Part shown: piece after piece, positions 40,298 through 53,703 of the stretch
Layout of the letters: each line of letters opens with the position of its first letter
Position numbering within the stretch: position 1 is the stretch's first letter
DNA from: Lama guanicoe
Lineage: Eukaryota
DNA length: 64,000 nt
Direction: 5' to 3'
Assembly: GCA_013239625.1 (NCBI GenBank)
Contig: MU054220.1
Location: forward strand, 8,591,367 to 8,655,366
Made by a program: the position numbers and the translations under genes
The notes under the pieces: generated by a model
The model's database searches: none
What the model was told of the DNA's origin: nothing
The model's input: the letters and a program-made list of their open reading frames with translations, nothing else

Positions 40298-40730
40298 GTG
40301 ATGAGAAATATTCCTAACCAGAATTTTAGAGATGGGCTTGTGATGTTCTGAGACTGTATTTCTCAGTCTGTTTTGCAGTCAGGCACAGCAATGTGATTTA
40401 TCAAAGAAATATGAGGAGAAATAATGTATTCCACATCTCAGTGTGTGCTGTAAGACATTGGGCATACACCTTTGAAGTAATTGTTTTCCTTCTCATGAGT
40501 TAGAACCATGTTGTGTTGGAAAATCCATTTCAACCATGCAGATAAGAAAAATACCCCAGGAAAAAAAGCAGCACACACATAAAAAACAGATAAACCATGA
40601 ACTTTCAAGAATTACGTTGACCAGAACCACCAACACATTTGGTCCAATAAGCTCAGGGCTGTCATAGGAGACAAAAATAAATTTCTATTATCTTAAGTAA
40701 TTGCATGGGGGTGCCTATTGATATATATAC
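40298..40730 (+). mobile_element. MLT1J-like MaLR LTR
   Basis: actgtatttctcagtctgttttgcagtcagg, caaccatgcagataag, aaaaataaatttctattatcttaag. Confidence 0.65.
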
Positions 40731-41639
40731 AAAATAAAATCCAAATGAAAATACTATTGCACAATTTAGCCAAAATAACATTTAAATACATGAAATAACA
40801 AGTGCTGGTGAAATTATAGATCAGTGAGAACTTCTTTGACAGCTGTTGGAGTTATAAATTTTGTATACCACTTTGGAAAATTCTAAGACAACACCTTATA
40901 TAGTGTAATATGCCTTGATCCTATCAGCCATTCACTGCATTCTTAGCTGTGCACACTGAGGGATATCTTGCATATTTTTGCTACAAGAAGTGTACAAAGC
41001 ATCTATAGCAATCCAAATGTCAATCAATGGTAGATTGTTGGTTATGTTCCCAACGTTTCCTAAAACAACATGGATGAATCCTACAAGCATAATAATAAAT
41101 GAAACAAGCAGCCATGATTTATATGTATAAAGTTCAAAATCATACAATAATAAATAACAAAATTTTAGGAATATTATTACCACAAAAGTCAGGAAAACAG
41201 TTATTTTACTATGAATGGAGGCCATGTAATTCAGAAGAGGCAGACGGAGGGCTTTTAAGGTATTGGCAATATTCTTTCACAAACCAGGCTAATTATTATC
41301 TAAGTATTTAATACATAACAGCTCCTTCAACTATACCTACAGGTTTTATACACTATGTGATATTTATGATAAAGTTTTGCAATCAACTTAAAGTTTCAAA
41401 TTATGAAGAAATTATAAATTATAAAGAAAGGTAGTAATCTCTTCCTGTATACATTATAAGAGGCATTAGGAAAAGAAAAAGAGATGTGGAGTTAGATCAA
41501 ACAAGTTTCAAATCATTTTCCTATTACTGTCCAGGTTTGGACTTTCAGGGCATTAAACTCCTCCTCTATAAGAGAGGCGTAAGACCATGGTCAGGATTAA
41601 GTGAGATCATCTGAAATGTTTATGTTTTGCTATATTCCC

Positions 41640-42550
41640 AAACATACCTGTTTTTATTCTTAATGCTTGTTAATGGCACCCCTTTTTCTTTCCCAATTGC
41701 TCGGACCTGAAATGGGCCAGTCAGTCTTTCCCTCATCCTCCCTCATTCTTCATTTCAGTTTGATCCCCAATTCCAGCACATGTTACCTCCTAGAGCATCT
41801 ACAAATGTCTTCTCTGTTTCCATAATGTCACTCTGCTTAGGCTTCTGTAATCTCTAACCTGAAATTATTCCGACGGCTTTAATTTTGTTGTTCTATTCAT
41901 CTACCTGCCCCCCTTAAACACTTTCAGTGGCTGATCATCACCTAATTGAGAAAATCCTATTTCCACTCTATTTATTTATGTATAAATATCCACATGTCCA
42001 TCTATTCATTCTTCCATTCATGGAAGAATGTTTCCATCCATATATCCATCCATCTAAAATAAGAGCGACTCTTTACTCTGTCTAATCGAGTGTATAGCAG
42101 TTTTTGAATCTAACTCTTGAGGCGGCCATGGTCTAATGAAGAATATTTTCATTAATCTATAATATTACCTCTGAAATCTTATAAACATTCATTTTCTCTC
42201 TGTAGCACTTCTTCCTGCAGAATATTGAACACATCACTATCTGGTTGATTTGATATGATTTTGTGATACACCCTCTGTCTCCATAGCCTTTCTGCACTGG
42301 GAAACACCTTTACAAAAATTAGTGATCTCATCCTCCATAGGATGACTTCTTTGATTGCCTGGAATAATGGTAGTCATGCTCACTTCCATATCCTGCATAG
42401 ATTTCTATTGTTAAATCTATTTGACTATGATTACCTATTTGTTTGACTAGAATATCACAAGCTTTTAAGAATAGCAACTGGGGAACTCGTCCTTGTATTT
42501 CCACAAACTACATACAGAGCTAGAATATCCAAGGCATTCAGTAGATGACA
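41640..42550 (+). mobile_element. L2 LINE 3' region fragments
   Basis: gttaatggcacc, aaacactttcagtggct, ccttgtatttccaca...aaggcattcagtagat. Confidence 0.55.
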
Positions 42551-45500
42551 TGCAATCTACCAGAATGGCTAAGAGCTTGCTCCGGATTGGTCAAATAACA
42601 TGGATAATTCTACACATGACTAAGGTAAAACCATATGCTTCATAATTTTGATGATGATTAAGTTTTCACTCCCTTTTTTCTCATTTACCAACAATCTATA
42701 CCGTTGACTTGTGAACACTTGTTTTCAAGCCTTGTACATCTTTCTGTCCCTGTCCTCGGAGGACTGTGCATCCTACTTGCTTTCCTGTACAGTCTGGTAC
42801 CTCTGGGAAACTCAATAGATATTGGAATAATAACCAAATATAGTGAGCCATAGTCCCTGTTATTTTTCTTTCTCTCCCCGAGACAACTTTATTAGCAGAA
42901 ACTTCATGGGAAATAATTTCATTAGCAACGACAGTTAAGCTCACACTTTACAAAACTTCTCTATTTTCCCTGCGTGTGGAATTTATGACATACCAACTGT
43001 GTTTAGGAAAGTAATCTGAAGTAACACTCTGGCCTTAATATTGGAAGTGCTAAAACCTCTAATTGTATTTCAGGTAGTAGATCAACCTGACCTTCCACAA
43101 TTGCAACTTAAAAGATAAGGGGTATTTGTGTACTGTTAAGATTCACATTTTTACACATTCCCAGTATTATCTTTATTCAAAATGCCTATGTATTATTACA
43201 CTGCAATAAGATAGAGCCTTAATTCTGACTCTAACAAATTCATACTCTTACATCTTAAGTAGAGCAACCAATAAGGCTATATTATCTGATTTGGATACAC
43301 TGTGCTATGGTTCACTTTTACCAGCGAGCAAAGATCTCTGAATAGAGTCTATTTGTCACCCACTGATGAAATTTCAGAGTTGAACAAATTGGAGAAAATC
43401 CCCATTTTTTCCCCCTGCCTATTACATTTTCTTATGAGTACTTATAAAATTAACTGGGAGAAGATCAAAATTTTTAAATACATTGTCTATTGGCATGATT
43501 CTCTTTCACACAGGAAAACCGTATCATTATCCCCTCTGCAGCAAGTGGATTTCCCTTTGATTTTTAGTGTGCTTTTAAAAAAGTTCTATTTAGAAAATTG
43601 AAATAGCTTTCTATTAATATCCTGCCCATAACACAGTCACCCAGCACTGCTTTATTTCAACAGCATATTTCGACAGAGAAGACAGCTTGTCTTTCCATCA
43701 TATGCCTTTGAAGATTAAAACACTGGATGATTTTGATAACGTGTATTGAGATGTTGGGAAAAAATGAGTAATGGAACTTACTTTGCACTCGCAATCCACC
43801 TGAAACACATTTATTTTCTCTGTGAATGAAACTAGGACTCATTTCCTCATTTTACCTTGTTGATTATGAACTGTTTACACAACCAAATTTCCTACTGATT
43901 ACAACTTGATAAAGAAAATGTCAGAAAAATTAAATCAAATCAAATGGCATTCCTCCAGAAAAATGTACATCGCCATAAAGCCCATGTACCCCTGCCCCAC
44001 GCCCTGCATTGGCCGCGTTGCTAAGTCAAGGTGCCTGGAGGAGAAAACAATGTTACTGAGACCACGGCTGATGGGTGTGGAAAAGACCACCCACTCTGGG
44101 TCTTTTCTAAGCCTTTGCAAAGGCATTTGTCACTGTCAGATCTTGGAATATGCCTGCTTTGGTTGAGGCTGAGCACAGCTATTCACCATAGTTTTAAATC
44201 AGCTGCTCCTTGGAACATCATTTCTTGTTGCCACATAGAAGGTGGGCAGAAAGGGAAAGTGTTCTCCCACCAGTTCTCACTTCTGGAAATCTGTTCCCCC
44301 AGGCGACATTTATGAAAGAAATTGCAGTGTAGTTAATACTTTGTGAAAAGTATTAACTGTCAGCATATCTGTACCCAGCCGCCCCATCTGTTTCTTTTCA
44401 TTCAATTTGTCTGTGATGTCCCAGTCCTCTAACAATCATCTGTGTCTTCTAAAATTTAGTAAGTGAAATCAGGGGTTATGGTTTTGAACTTTCTTTGGGG
44501 TCTTTATCAAAAGTGAGTGGAGGTAAAGGTCTACATAATTTTCCTGGTTTTTCCTTGGTTTTTCTCAGTGAATGAAATCCCAAAAAGGAACGTATGAACT
44601 CTCTTGTTTATAGGTACAATTTCATGACTTCTGCTGCATTTCTGGATCCCAAAATTATATGTCGCAAATAAAAGGTGCGTTATATTTTTTAAAAAATATG
44701 TGGGGAAAAGTAGATTCTAATTGCATCCATCAGGTGAAGAAAATTAATGTATTTGCCAAATTCACCAAGAATGGAGGAAGCTCTGCATCTAAATTCCGCA
44801 TAATAACAGTATTTAAAAGCAGTCTTTACAAATGCACATAGCCCTGCTTTCTGTTATCTGGGTATGTGTATAGGAAATTAGATTATTGTATTTAGTAAGG
44901 AAAGATTTAGCCCATAAAATACAAATTTCTGCCTCAGTTGAGGGCATTGGCCAAAGAACATATGTACATTGCTGTATTTAAACTTCATCTAAACCAGGAT
45001 CTCTTCTGAATCCACTCCATAAGGAATGCTGTGCACACTTTATGAACGCTGTTTTGGCAAACACTTAGCAACATTAGGTTAGCTGAATTCACCTGCTTTA
45101 GGTCTCTTTTCTTATTAGTACTCAGATTTGCTCTTCTAATTTTCCCCCATTTTCTTTCTCAACAACCAATAAAGGAGTCAAACTTAAAGACAGAATGAAT
45201 TATAAATTTCTCTCTAAATGATTCCTCGCATACAAATACATGAGCTAGTTCTGCAGATAGTGATATCACAGAAAGGTGGGATTCTGTCTTCTTTTATCAG
45301 GCTCTATACCGTTCTAACGCTATTCTGTGCCGTGTTGCAATTACTTTTGTAATCAAGGGTCTAGTCTACGGGGCAGTCACCTCTTCCACTGTAATATTTT
45401 AATTACGTGACATCAATCCCTCACCAGTGCAGTAACTGGAATGATCAGTGCACCTATGTCGTCAGATGCAGCCAGGTGGAGTTTTGCTATCCAACTGCTT

Positions 45501-47749
45501 AATATCCGTGGAGTCAGGAAGGACTTTTAAATACTTTGTTACACTATCCTATGAGCGTGCACCCAAAGTGTGTGTGCTTATATGATAGGAACCTTACACA
45601 ATGGTGGACAGATTTTCAAATTATTTTCCCCTACCTTTCAAGAGAGCCTTTCACTTTTTACACTGAAACATTTATTTCCTACTTCATCCACAGTACTCCT
45701 CTCAACCATAAATACCGAATTTATTCCTGTATTTGCTTTATAATCATTTCTCTTATATAAACTGTGAGTTTCCTTTGCTATGCAGAACAAATATTGCTAT
45801 CTCCCACGAGGATTTTTCCAACTTCAATTTACAAAGAGTTTTCATTTCATATATACCTATAGGGTGCACTGCTTTCCCAGCTAGAATACATACTTTGAAA
45901 AGATGATTTTATTTTGCTTTTGTAATACTCATAGTATCCAAGTGCTAAGAAGTAAACACTAGTTGATATGTTAGGAGGAAAGAACCTGTATAAATAACTT
46001 TTTAAAAATAGTACCAGTTATTTCTCATTCACATCATAGAAAAGTAGATGTTGAATTTATAGAGACAAAAAAGTTTTATTAACTCACATGGAAACACCAC
46101 ATGAATTTTTGTTTCTTACCTCAACAGCCACTGCATTTGCCAAATAGTGATGACCTTGAAATAGAGCTTTCTAGTCTTAATAAGACAGGTAATTAAGTCA
46201 ACTTCAAATGTGGCTTCGCACAAAGATGACAGAGTCAGATTCACGAGAAAAATCCTTAGTTGCACATTAAGCACATTTTTTAACCAATTAGCCAAAACAT
46301 GTTTTCTTCTATTTGCTTAATATTTTTAATGCATTGCAAGCAATCAACTTTGAGTCAGGGCAGAGCACACATAAAAGTGCGTTATCTGCTTCTTCATTAA
46401 TGAGATACTTAATCTGGATTGGGATACGTGCAGAGACTTGGTCTGTGTGAAAGCAAAGTACAGGTGAAGGATAGAGTTCATTTCCTAATAAGCAAGAAAA
46501 TTCTGCCTGACTGATGCTTTAGTTTGATCTGAATTTTCTCCTCCAAATTCATAGCCTCCCCTCCCTAATTTACATCCTAAATGTAAGAACAAAGCGCTTT
46601 TTACTCTGGTCACCACTTTCTCCCCTCTGTCACCCTGTATATTTCCTTCCAAAGAAGACCACCCAAAGTCCTATGAGTTTTTTTCATTTTTAAAGATCAG
46701 TGAAATTCTTCATCATTAGAAAGGGTATGTGCTTCTGGTTTCAAAATATTGAGGCTCTCAACTGAGCCAAAGATTTATTTTCAAGTCTTTCATCACATGT
46801 TCCACTCTCTCTCGCTCCTCCTCCCCTCCCACTTTGTCTCTCCTCCTCTATTCTTACCTCCTTGTCTTAATCATAAAGAAAAAAAATAGGAATAAATCTT
46901 CAGTGGAAATTTGGTTCGAAAATGAATCAAAATAATATTTAATGGTGGGGAAAATTTATTGTCACATGTTAAAGGGAAAAGCAATTCATTTATAATAATA
47001 TTTATGTGGAAAAGATGCTTTGACATAAAAGACTGAAATAGTTTTCTACCTTAAACAACTATTTTTATCCCAAAATTCAAATGAGAGATAAAGGTACAAA
47101 GGGAAGATTAGTATTTTAATCTTAGTGAGCCAGAATAATAACCCTTTTACTTAAATATGTTCTATTTATCTGTTAAAATGTTCAAGTTATCTGTGTATAT
47201 GTTCATTTTCACATAATTTAGTTTCCAATTTGATTAAACATTCTTCAACAATGAATATACAGCTCTCTTTCCATAAGAGCTAAAACTAATAATAATCTGT
47301 CACAGGGGATCATTCATTTGGGAGTGACATGTCTGTACATTTCAGAGTTAAACTTTATGAATAATTCACCTTGCCTTTCATCAGTTATTTCTGATTCCAT
47401 ATTTTATTAACATCCCAAGATATATTCTTGCACTCTACAAAGGCTATGACCTACCCATGACCCACTAACAAAAGAAATCAGACTGTTAGAGGTTAAGGGA
47501 ACAGAAGAGATCCAGCTTCACTTCTGACTGTTGCCAACAAGGATGATCCTTAGAGAGTTCATGGTTTTCCCCAAGGTCAAGACAAAAGAGGAGTCAATCC
47601 AGGATGAAATTCAGGGGAAAAATGGAGACAAGGGTGCTCCAAAATGACAGCCGTGTTTGAAAATCATTTTAATGCTCGTTATGGTCTGAATACAAGATCA
47701 TCTAGATGACAAATAGGAAGTTTTGAAGAAATACTAAAGAATCAAGCAG

Positions 47750-47860
47750 ACTGTGATGATCATTTCACCATGTATACGTACAGCAAATCTTCAAGTCACG
47801 TACCTTAAATGTATACAATTTTTACTTGTCAACTGTATCTCAGTAAAGCTGGAATAAAAG
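47750..47860 (+). mobile_element. Old L1 3' terminus (L1MA9/MB-like)
   Basis: tgtgatgatcatttcaccatgtatac...ccttaaatgtatacaattttt...tgtcaactgtatctcagtaaagctgg. Confidence 0.8.
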
Positions 47861-48129
47861 GATAAAGTGAACGTGATTTACATCACAGCATATAAAAAAG
47901 GGAGAATAACAAAATATACAAATCCAAATTTAATCATACAAAACATAACTCTCACTGCACATGTTTAACTAGGATTGCTTACTTTGGAAAAGAACAGATT
48001 AAATAATGATTTCGTTCCATGGTTTCCAACCGAAACCTTGGCTACACTGTCTTGATGTAAAATGTTGATTGAATGATATATTATAATAATAACAATAACA
48101 ATAGTAAAATACTAGTGTAAAAATATGGT

Positions 48130-48380
48130 CATGGCAGAGGTAAACACTTGCTAATAATGAACAACTATAGTACATATAAAAACTATAATAACTAAGCACA
48201 CTGCATTCATTACCTTGCTTCACTCCTACAACACGTATATGAGAGAAGAACTATTTCTGTCCCCATTTGATCAGAAAATCGAGCCTTCGTAAGAAGTTAA
48301 GGATTTCCTTATTCAGACCCCCATAAGCAGCGAAACTAGGATTGGAATTTAAGTAGCTTCCCATGAGGACCTATGATCTC
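48130..48380 (-). mobile_element. MIR SINE
   Basis: actaagcacactgcattcattacc...actcctacaacac...ccccatttgatcagaaaatcgag...gaagttaagg. Confidence 0.55.
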
Positions 48381-50863
48381 AGCACAACAGCAGGTGATGA
48401 GATGGATTTTGGTCTATCAGTAATCTTGACAGAGTGAATGAACATACTCCATCACACTGCACAGAGTGTGCGATGCACAGGGAGTGAGAACTGCTGGTTT
48501 CTACTGGTTTTAACTGACAGAAGGATTCTACATATATACAACACTGTGTATTTGTATATATGTAAAATTGATTTAAGAATAATATATATACAACACTATA
48601 TGTATATAAGGATTAAATATACAACACTATATGTATGTGTATGCATATACATACATTTCTATATGCATACACACACAACACTGGAGGGGGGAAAAAAGCA
48701 GGCTTCGTAGGAATTACTTTCAATAACATTCAATATGGAGAATGTTTGTTACTCAGCATTAGATGATAAAATAACATTTTTTAAAAGCTTTAATATTAAG
48801 GATTAACTATCCAGGAAAGAATTTACCGTCAGTGAGACCTGCCCACAAGGACCAGTTTTAAAGTTACTCTAAGTTTAATACTGACCTTTAAAATAATTTT
48901 AAAGGTTACAAGACAATAAGAATAATACGAATAAAATGTCTAGGACCAGATTCTAACATTAAACATGTTTAGAGCTATGGTTTCAAATTTAAACACCCTG
49001 AAAGTGGTAGCAGATTCATCCTGAGACACACAATGCCTGGTATCAGACATTCGGTAGAACGTGTGGAGAAGGCTGAGTACTTTAAAATTCCAACAACGAT
49101 GCCTACACATGTTTTCTACCAAGCTATTTGAATTCAGAATTGAATAGGGAACTGTCCATACGCTACAAAGTTAACTGTCTAAAATAGACAGACCTGCAAG
49201 GAAACAATTGCATTATATTGCAAAAGCATTATTGATAGACCAAGGTAGAAACTGGAGTGGAAAAGACATGAGCTGTAGGTCCGAAACTTTAGGATAAATT
49301 CACAAAGGAGCCAACATTTATGTTGAGACGTGAAAAATAAGTAGAAACAAGCCTGGAGCAAGAGATTCGGAGAAGGGTTCTCCTGGTGGAGGAAAGAAGA
49401 GACACAAACATTCTAGGCGTGCTCTGTTTACCCTGGAATGAAATGGTGAATGGTCAGACTGGAAGGTTCAACTGGGTTCACAGTTCATGACAAATCTAAT
49501 GCCAGTACAGATCCTTGAGCACCTAATAGTGGGCAACTCGTATTAAAACAATGAAAAAAGAGAGCCCAGGAGCAAAAGTGATTTCTTTATTAGTGATTCT
49601 GGGGATGCTCACGATACGTGAAAGTTTGCATTGTGACTACAGCACATATGTTACGTATTTTTAACTGTTACAGCAAAAAATGTTTGAGAGGCATGTGATG
49701 GGGCCTTAATTCTTAGCCAGAACAGGTAATCACAGCTAGGAGGCTATAGTTGTAAGAATAAAAGGAAATACAATGTTCTCAGAGGCTGCCTACCATCTAC
49801 CTTCCGCAGCAGATGTACAGCGTGTGAAAAGATGATGTGATCAGCAAATAAGTATGGATCAAGCTTCAATTCACATATACTAAGACGTTTAGAATGTGGC
49901 TTTGTTATTGCAAACAGAAAAAAAAATGAATTTAAGTAGCAATGCTTTTGCTTTAAAAAAAAAAGATAATGAATAATAGATTTAAATTGTAGTAATTAGT
50001 CTCTACTGAATGTCATCACTATCAAAATATAGCCTCTCAAGGACATCGGTGGTGGGGGGAAGATACAGCAAAGCAGTTAATTTGACTTTCTTCTCATTAA
50101 GTTCTCATAATTACATTTTCAGAATTAAGTGCATTTATGTGAGGGTCGTGCAGTTTTATCTGGATAGTAAAAGTGACTTTGTTCTGTCTTTAAAAAAAAA
50201 AAACTTGAACTCTTCATATAGAACATTAAATTCTAATAAAAGTTTCCCTGAAGATAATTAAGGAAGACATAGTTCCCAAGCCACGTTTTTTAATGATTCG
50301 TGAACATTTTATATTTTCTAATATACTTAATTTCATTTACTGTTAAATACAAATAAAAATAAATGTGTGGTGATGTTTTTTCGGTTGGGATCAGGAAGAA
50401 TGGTGGATACAAAAAAAATGTTTTCAACCATGGGATTAATTTAAAGGAACTGTTAATACATTTTGAGCACTTGTGAATGAAAGTCAATTGTTCGAATACC
50501 TAATATCCAACAAGATTCTACCTTAGGTTTTATTGGAAAGTATTATTGGAGGGGGGGAGGTTGTTAAAAGACACCATCTGAGTTTTGAAACAAGTATAGT
50601 AAAAATAAGCAGGATTTAAAACCTACAGAAGTAATGTAAAGGGAGATAAAGTGCCACCTTCATGTCTATTGAGACTGGTAGTTGAGAATTTGAATTAAAG
50701 CTGAGGGAAATGTGCTCCCTCACATAGACGTGCAGAATATGTCTCCCTTTACATTCAGAGCAGGGAGCAGAACACAGCATGTGAGGCAGGAAATGGGCCA
50801 GAAGTCATATATGGTGGAACTTCCCACAGATGGGACGAAACAGCAGGTGTGGGTGACAGAGCT

Positions 50864-51587
50864 TGTTGCCGAGCCCAAACTCATTCTGCTCACTGCACGA
50901 CAGGCCAAAAAACTGAGAGGCAAGGTGTTGGGGCAGGGAACAACGACTTTATTTGGAAAGCCAGCAGAAAACCAGAAGATGGGGAACTAACATCCTGGAG
51001 AACCATCTTCTCCATATCAGAATTCAGGCTCTTTTTATACTAGAAAGGGGAGAGGGTGTGGCTGGTGGTTGCAAACGTCTTGGCTTGTTCTTGCAGCTGT
51101 CCACGTGGGTCAGGTCACGGTGTCCCTGTAAACCTCCAACAAAATAAATGTTATTTTCTATTCTGCAACTTTTATCTTTTTATGAATGAGAAAATGTTGT
51201 ACCCTTAAATCAGAGCGCCTTGAAAATGGGAATCAGAATTCAGGCTCTTTTTATACTAGAAAGGGGAGAGGGTGTGGCTGGTGGTTGCAAACGTCTTGGC
51301 TTGTTCTTGCAGCTGTCCACGTGGGTCAGGTCACGGTGTCCCTGTAAACCTCCAACAAAACGAATGTTATTTTCTGTTCTGCAACTATTTCCATATGAAT
51401 GGAAAAGTGTTACTGCCCTTAAAGGTCAGAGCCTTGAGACCAGGCTGTCCTGTGTATTTCAGGCTGCAGGCAACAGTCTTGTACAACAGGTGCAGAACCA
51501 GCATGACTAAGCCCGGGAAACAGGGCACAGGGTTAGGGCCCAGGGAACAGGCTGAGGATGGAGTCACATTTGCTCTCTTCTGTTACA
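50864..51587 (-). mobile_element. Solo ERV1-class LTR with an internal ~216-bp duplication
   Basis: Termini tgttgcc...tgttaca; 4-bp TSD agct/acct; reversed poly-A signal (ctttatt) and reversed TATA (tttttatac); same family as 53704-54116. Confidence 0.88.
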
Positions 51588-51739
51588 ACCTCACAGCCCT
51601 GCAAACATGATGCCATTAAAATCAGGACCTTTGAAAAGAGAACATCCAACAAAACACGACTACAATTGGTAGAAAATAGTGTTCACCTTGGTCAGTATGT
51701 TATAATTTGCAAACGTGGGGACTCCATGCCAGAAGATTT

Positions 51740-52420
51740 TAAGAATTGCTCTATGAGGAATACTCAAACAGTATCTTTAATGGTTTTCCTGCCTCCAGTT
51801 TTATAAGCTCCACAATTCACTGTCAAAAAAAAAAAAGTTATAGTTCTAAAATACCCTTTGCCTATTTCAGTTACATGGCTCACTGGCCTCCCCAAGATAA
51901 AATCCAAATTCTCCTAAAATCCAAATTTCCCTACATAAAATATAAAGTGTCCATAATTTTGTGGTTTACCATTTCCATACACTCCTTAAACTGCCTTCTA
52001 CGCATTTGAAGCTCTAGTCATACTGAAGTTCTTCCATTTTTGAAAATGTTGTCATGCCTTTTATAACTTTCAAGCCTTTAGGTTTGGTAACCCTTGGGGC
52101 TCGAATGACGACCTGTGGTTTCTTTATTTGGCTACACTCCATTTACCCTTCTTTCCAAGTTTAGACATTGATTTTCACTTAAAACAAGTAAGATATAACA
52201 AAGAGGGGTGGGGAAGAAGTATTGTTCCCTTCTCAAGTTCTGTTCATCCTGCCCTTATCTGTACTGCTCTCACAACTTCTACTCCCCCTACTAGCGGACA
52301 GGCCATCCTGTGCAGTTAACGCATATTTACTTGCATCCTCTGCTCAATACTTTGTAGTCTTCAGCAGAGTGTCTGGAAAATAGTAGAATCTAAATAAGTA
52401 AGTTCGGAATGAGTGAGGGA
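51740..52420 (+). mobile_element. L2 LINE 3' region
   Basis: atggctcactgg...gataaaatccaaattctc; cagagtgtctggaaaatagtagaatctaaataagtaagttcggaatgagtga. Confidence 0.6.
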
Positions 52421-52688
52421 CTGAGGGAATGTGTACATCAATCAATGAGAGATTTAGACATGACTGCAGCAGAAAGTTGATTTCATAATTTAACCAGAAT
52501 AGCACTTTCCAAAACACTTACTTTTTGTATGTTATGTTTCAGAACGCAAGCAGCTGTGAATAAAGTATCTACATGGAGACCTGATGGAACAAGCTGAAAT
52601 CTGGCATCAGACTTGTGCAGAGAAATAGGGCAATCTTGGGTGAGGCATATCTACCTGGGAGTTTTCCAAACCACATTTATATAGCCAG

Positions 52689-53228
52689 TGTTGGGACTCA
52701 CATCCAGAGCAGGCCAACCCAGAATATGCCACAGTGGCCTATTGATTAGTTTGGATTAAAGCTGCTTAGGAAACAGCCAATGCAAAGATGGGAACTCTGA
52801 CCCACCCCTGTTCACCTAAAGCTGGAAATAAATCTCCCACGCCCCAAATTACTTCTTTCCCTGCACTAAAAGGGAAAAAGACATTCTTATAGTCAGAGAT
52901 AAGGAATTCAGGGCACAGAAACCTACATAAACAAAACTTATTACTTTACTAATTCACTAGCCCAGACTGTTGAGATTCTTCACTAAATACGCACCTAAGC
53001 TTAAATTTCTCTGCCCTGTCAATTCCTCACAAATGTATTCTTTCTTTGTCTAAAAAGTATAAAAGCTGCCTGCGTTGGCCACTTCTTAGGTCCTGTTTCT
53101 CTGAGTCCTCCACACGTTCAAATCAAAAATTATTTTTTCTCCTGTTAATCCATCTGATGTCAATTTAATAATTCGACCAGCCAAAGGAACTCAAGAAGGG
53201 TAAGGGAGAAATTGCCCTCTCCCCGACA
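52689..53228 (+). mobile_element. Solo ERV1 LTR (MER34/MER39-like)
   Basis: tgttgggactca...ccccgaca; TSD ccag/ctag; TATA-like gtataaaagctgcc; homolog of 17941-18457. Confidence 0.85.
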
Positions 53229-53703
53229 CTAGTGCAATTCATTAGGTAATAAATTGGTGGCCTGAGCGTATTGAGTGTATCAGTTGCTTGCAACAAAGAG
53301 TGTTGGGGTCTTTGAAAAGTTTTTGTATAAGACTTTATCTAAGATTGAAAAAACATCAGCTGGTTAACAAACACCATTAGAATTTTTAAGAGGCATTCAG
53401 GGAAATTTTGGTGTCAGTTTCCAGGAACCCAGCAATTTGGAGAATACAGCGGCAGATTCCTCAGCTATAGATGGAAGCAGACTATAAAGACAGAGTCATT
53501 CAGAGAAGGGAAAGGAGAAATTGAATTAGCCCCACCAGGATGCATGGTGGGGCCTGGGAGGCAAAGCTCTTTAAATGAATGAGTGTGGGCACAAGAATTA
53601 TGAAATAAAATGGGTAGGAGAAAAAGAAGCTGGTATTCAAAAGGAATATTGAATGCATATACACACATACACCTTTAAATCTCATGTACAGAATGACCGC
53701 AAC

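Larger units (their letters stand above)
38380..41380 (+). mobile_element. Highly decayed L1ME-type element (EN, RT and 3' remnants), split by later insertions
   Basis: aaatactaggcaaat, gagggtcacttc, tttatgagactaacacaac, ctttccaggaatataagactggtttaacatt, aacaagtgctggtgaaatt, acaacatggatgaatc. Confidence 0.7.

Noticed and set aside
50953..51510. Two ORFs sharing the peptide IRIQALFILERGEGVAGGCKRLGLF...
   Set aside because: A by-product of the 129-bp duplication inside an LTR, not a repeat protein.
53419..53427. Isolated motifs such as GAS TTCCAGGAA, MEF2 CTATTTATAG (14267) and AP-1 TGAGTCA (~17819, ~32024)
   Set aside because: Single short motifs at background frequency, without clustering.
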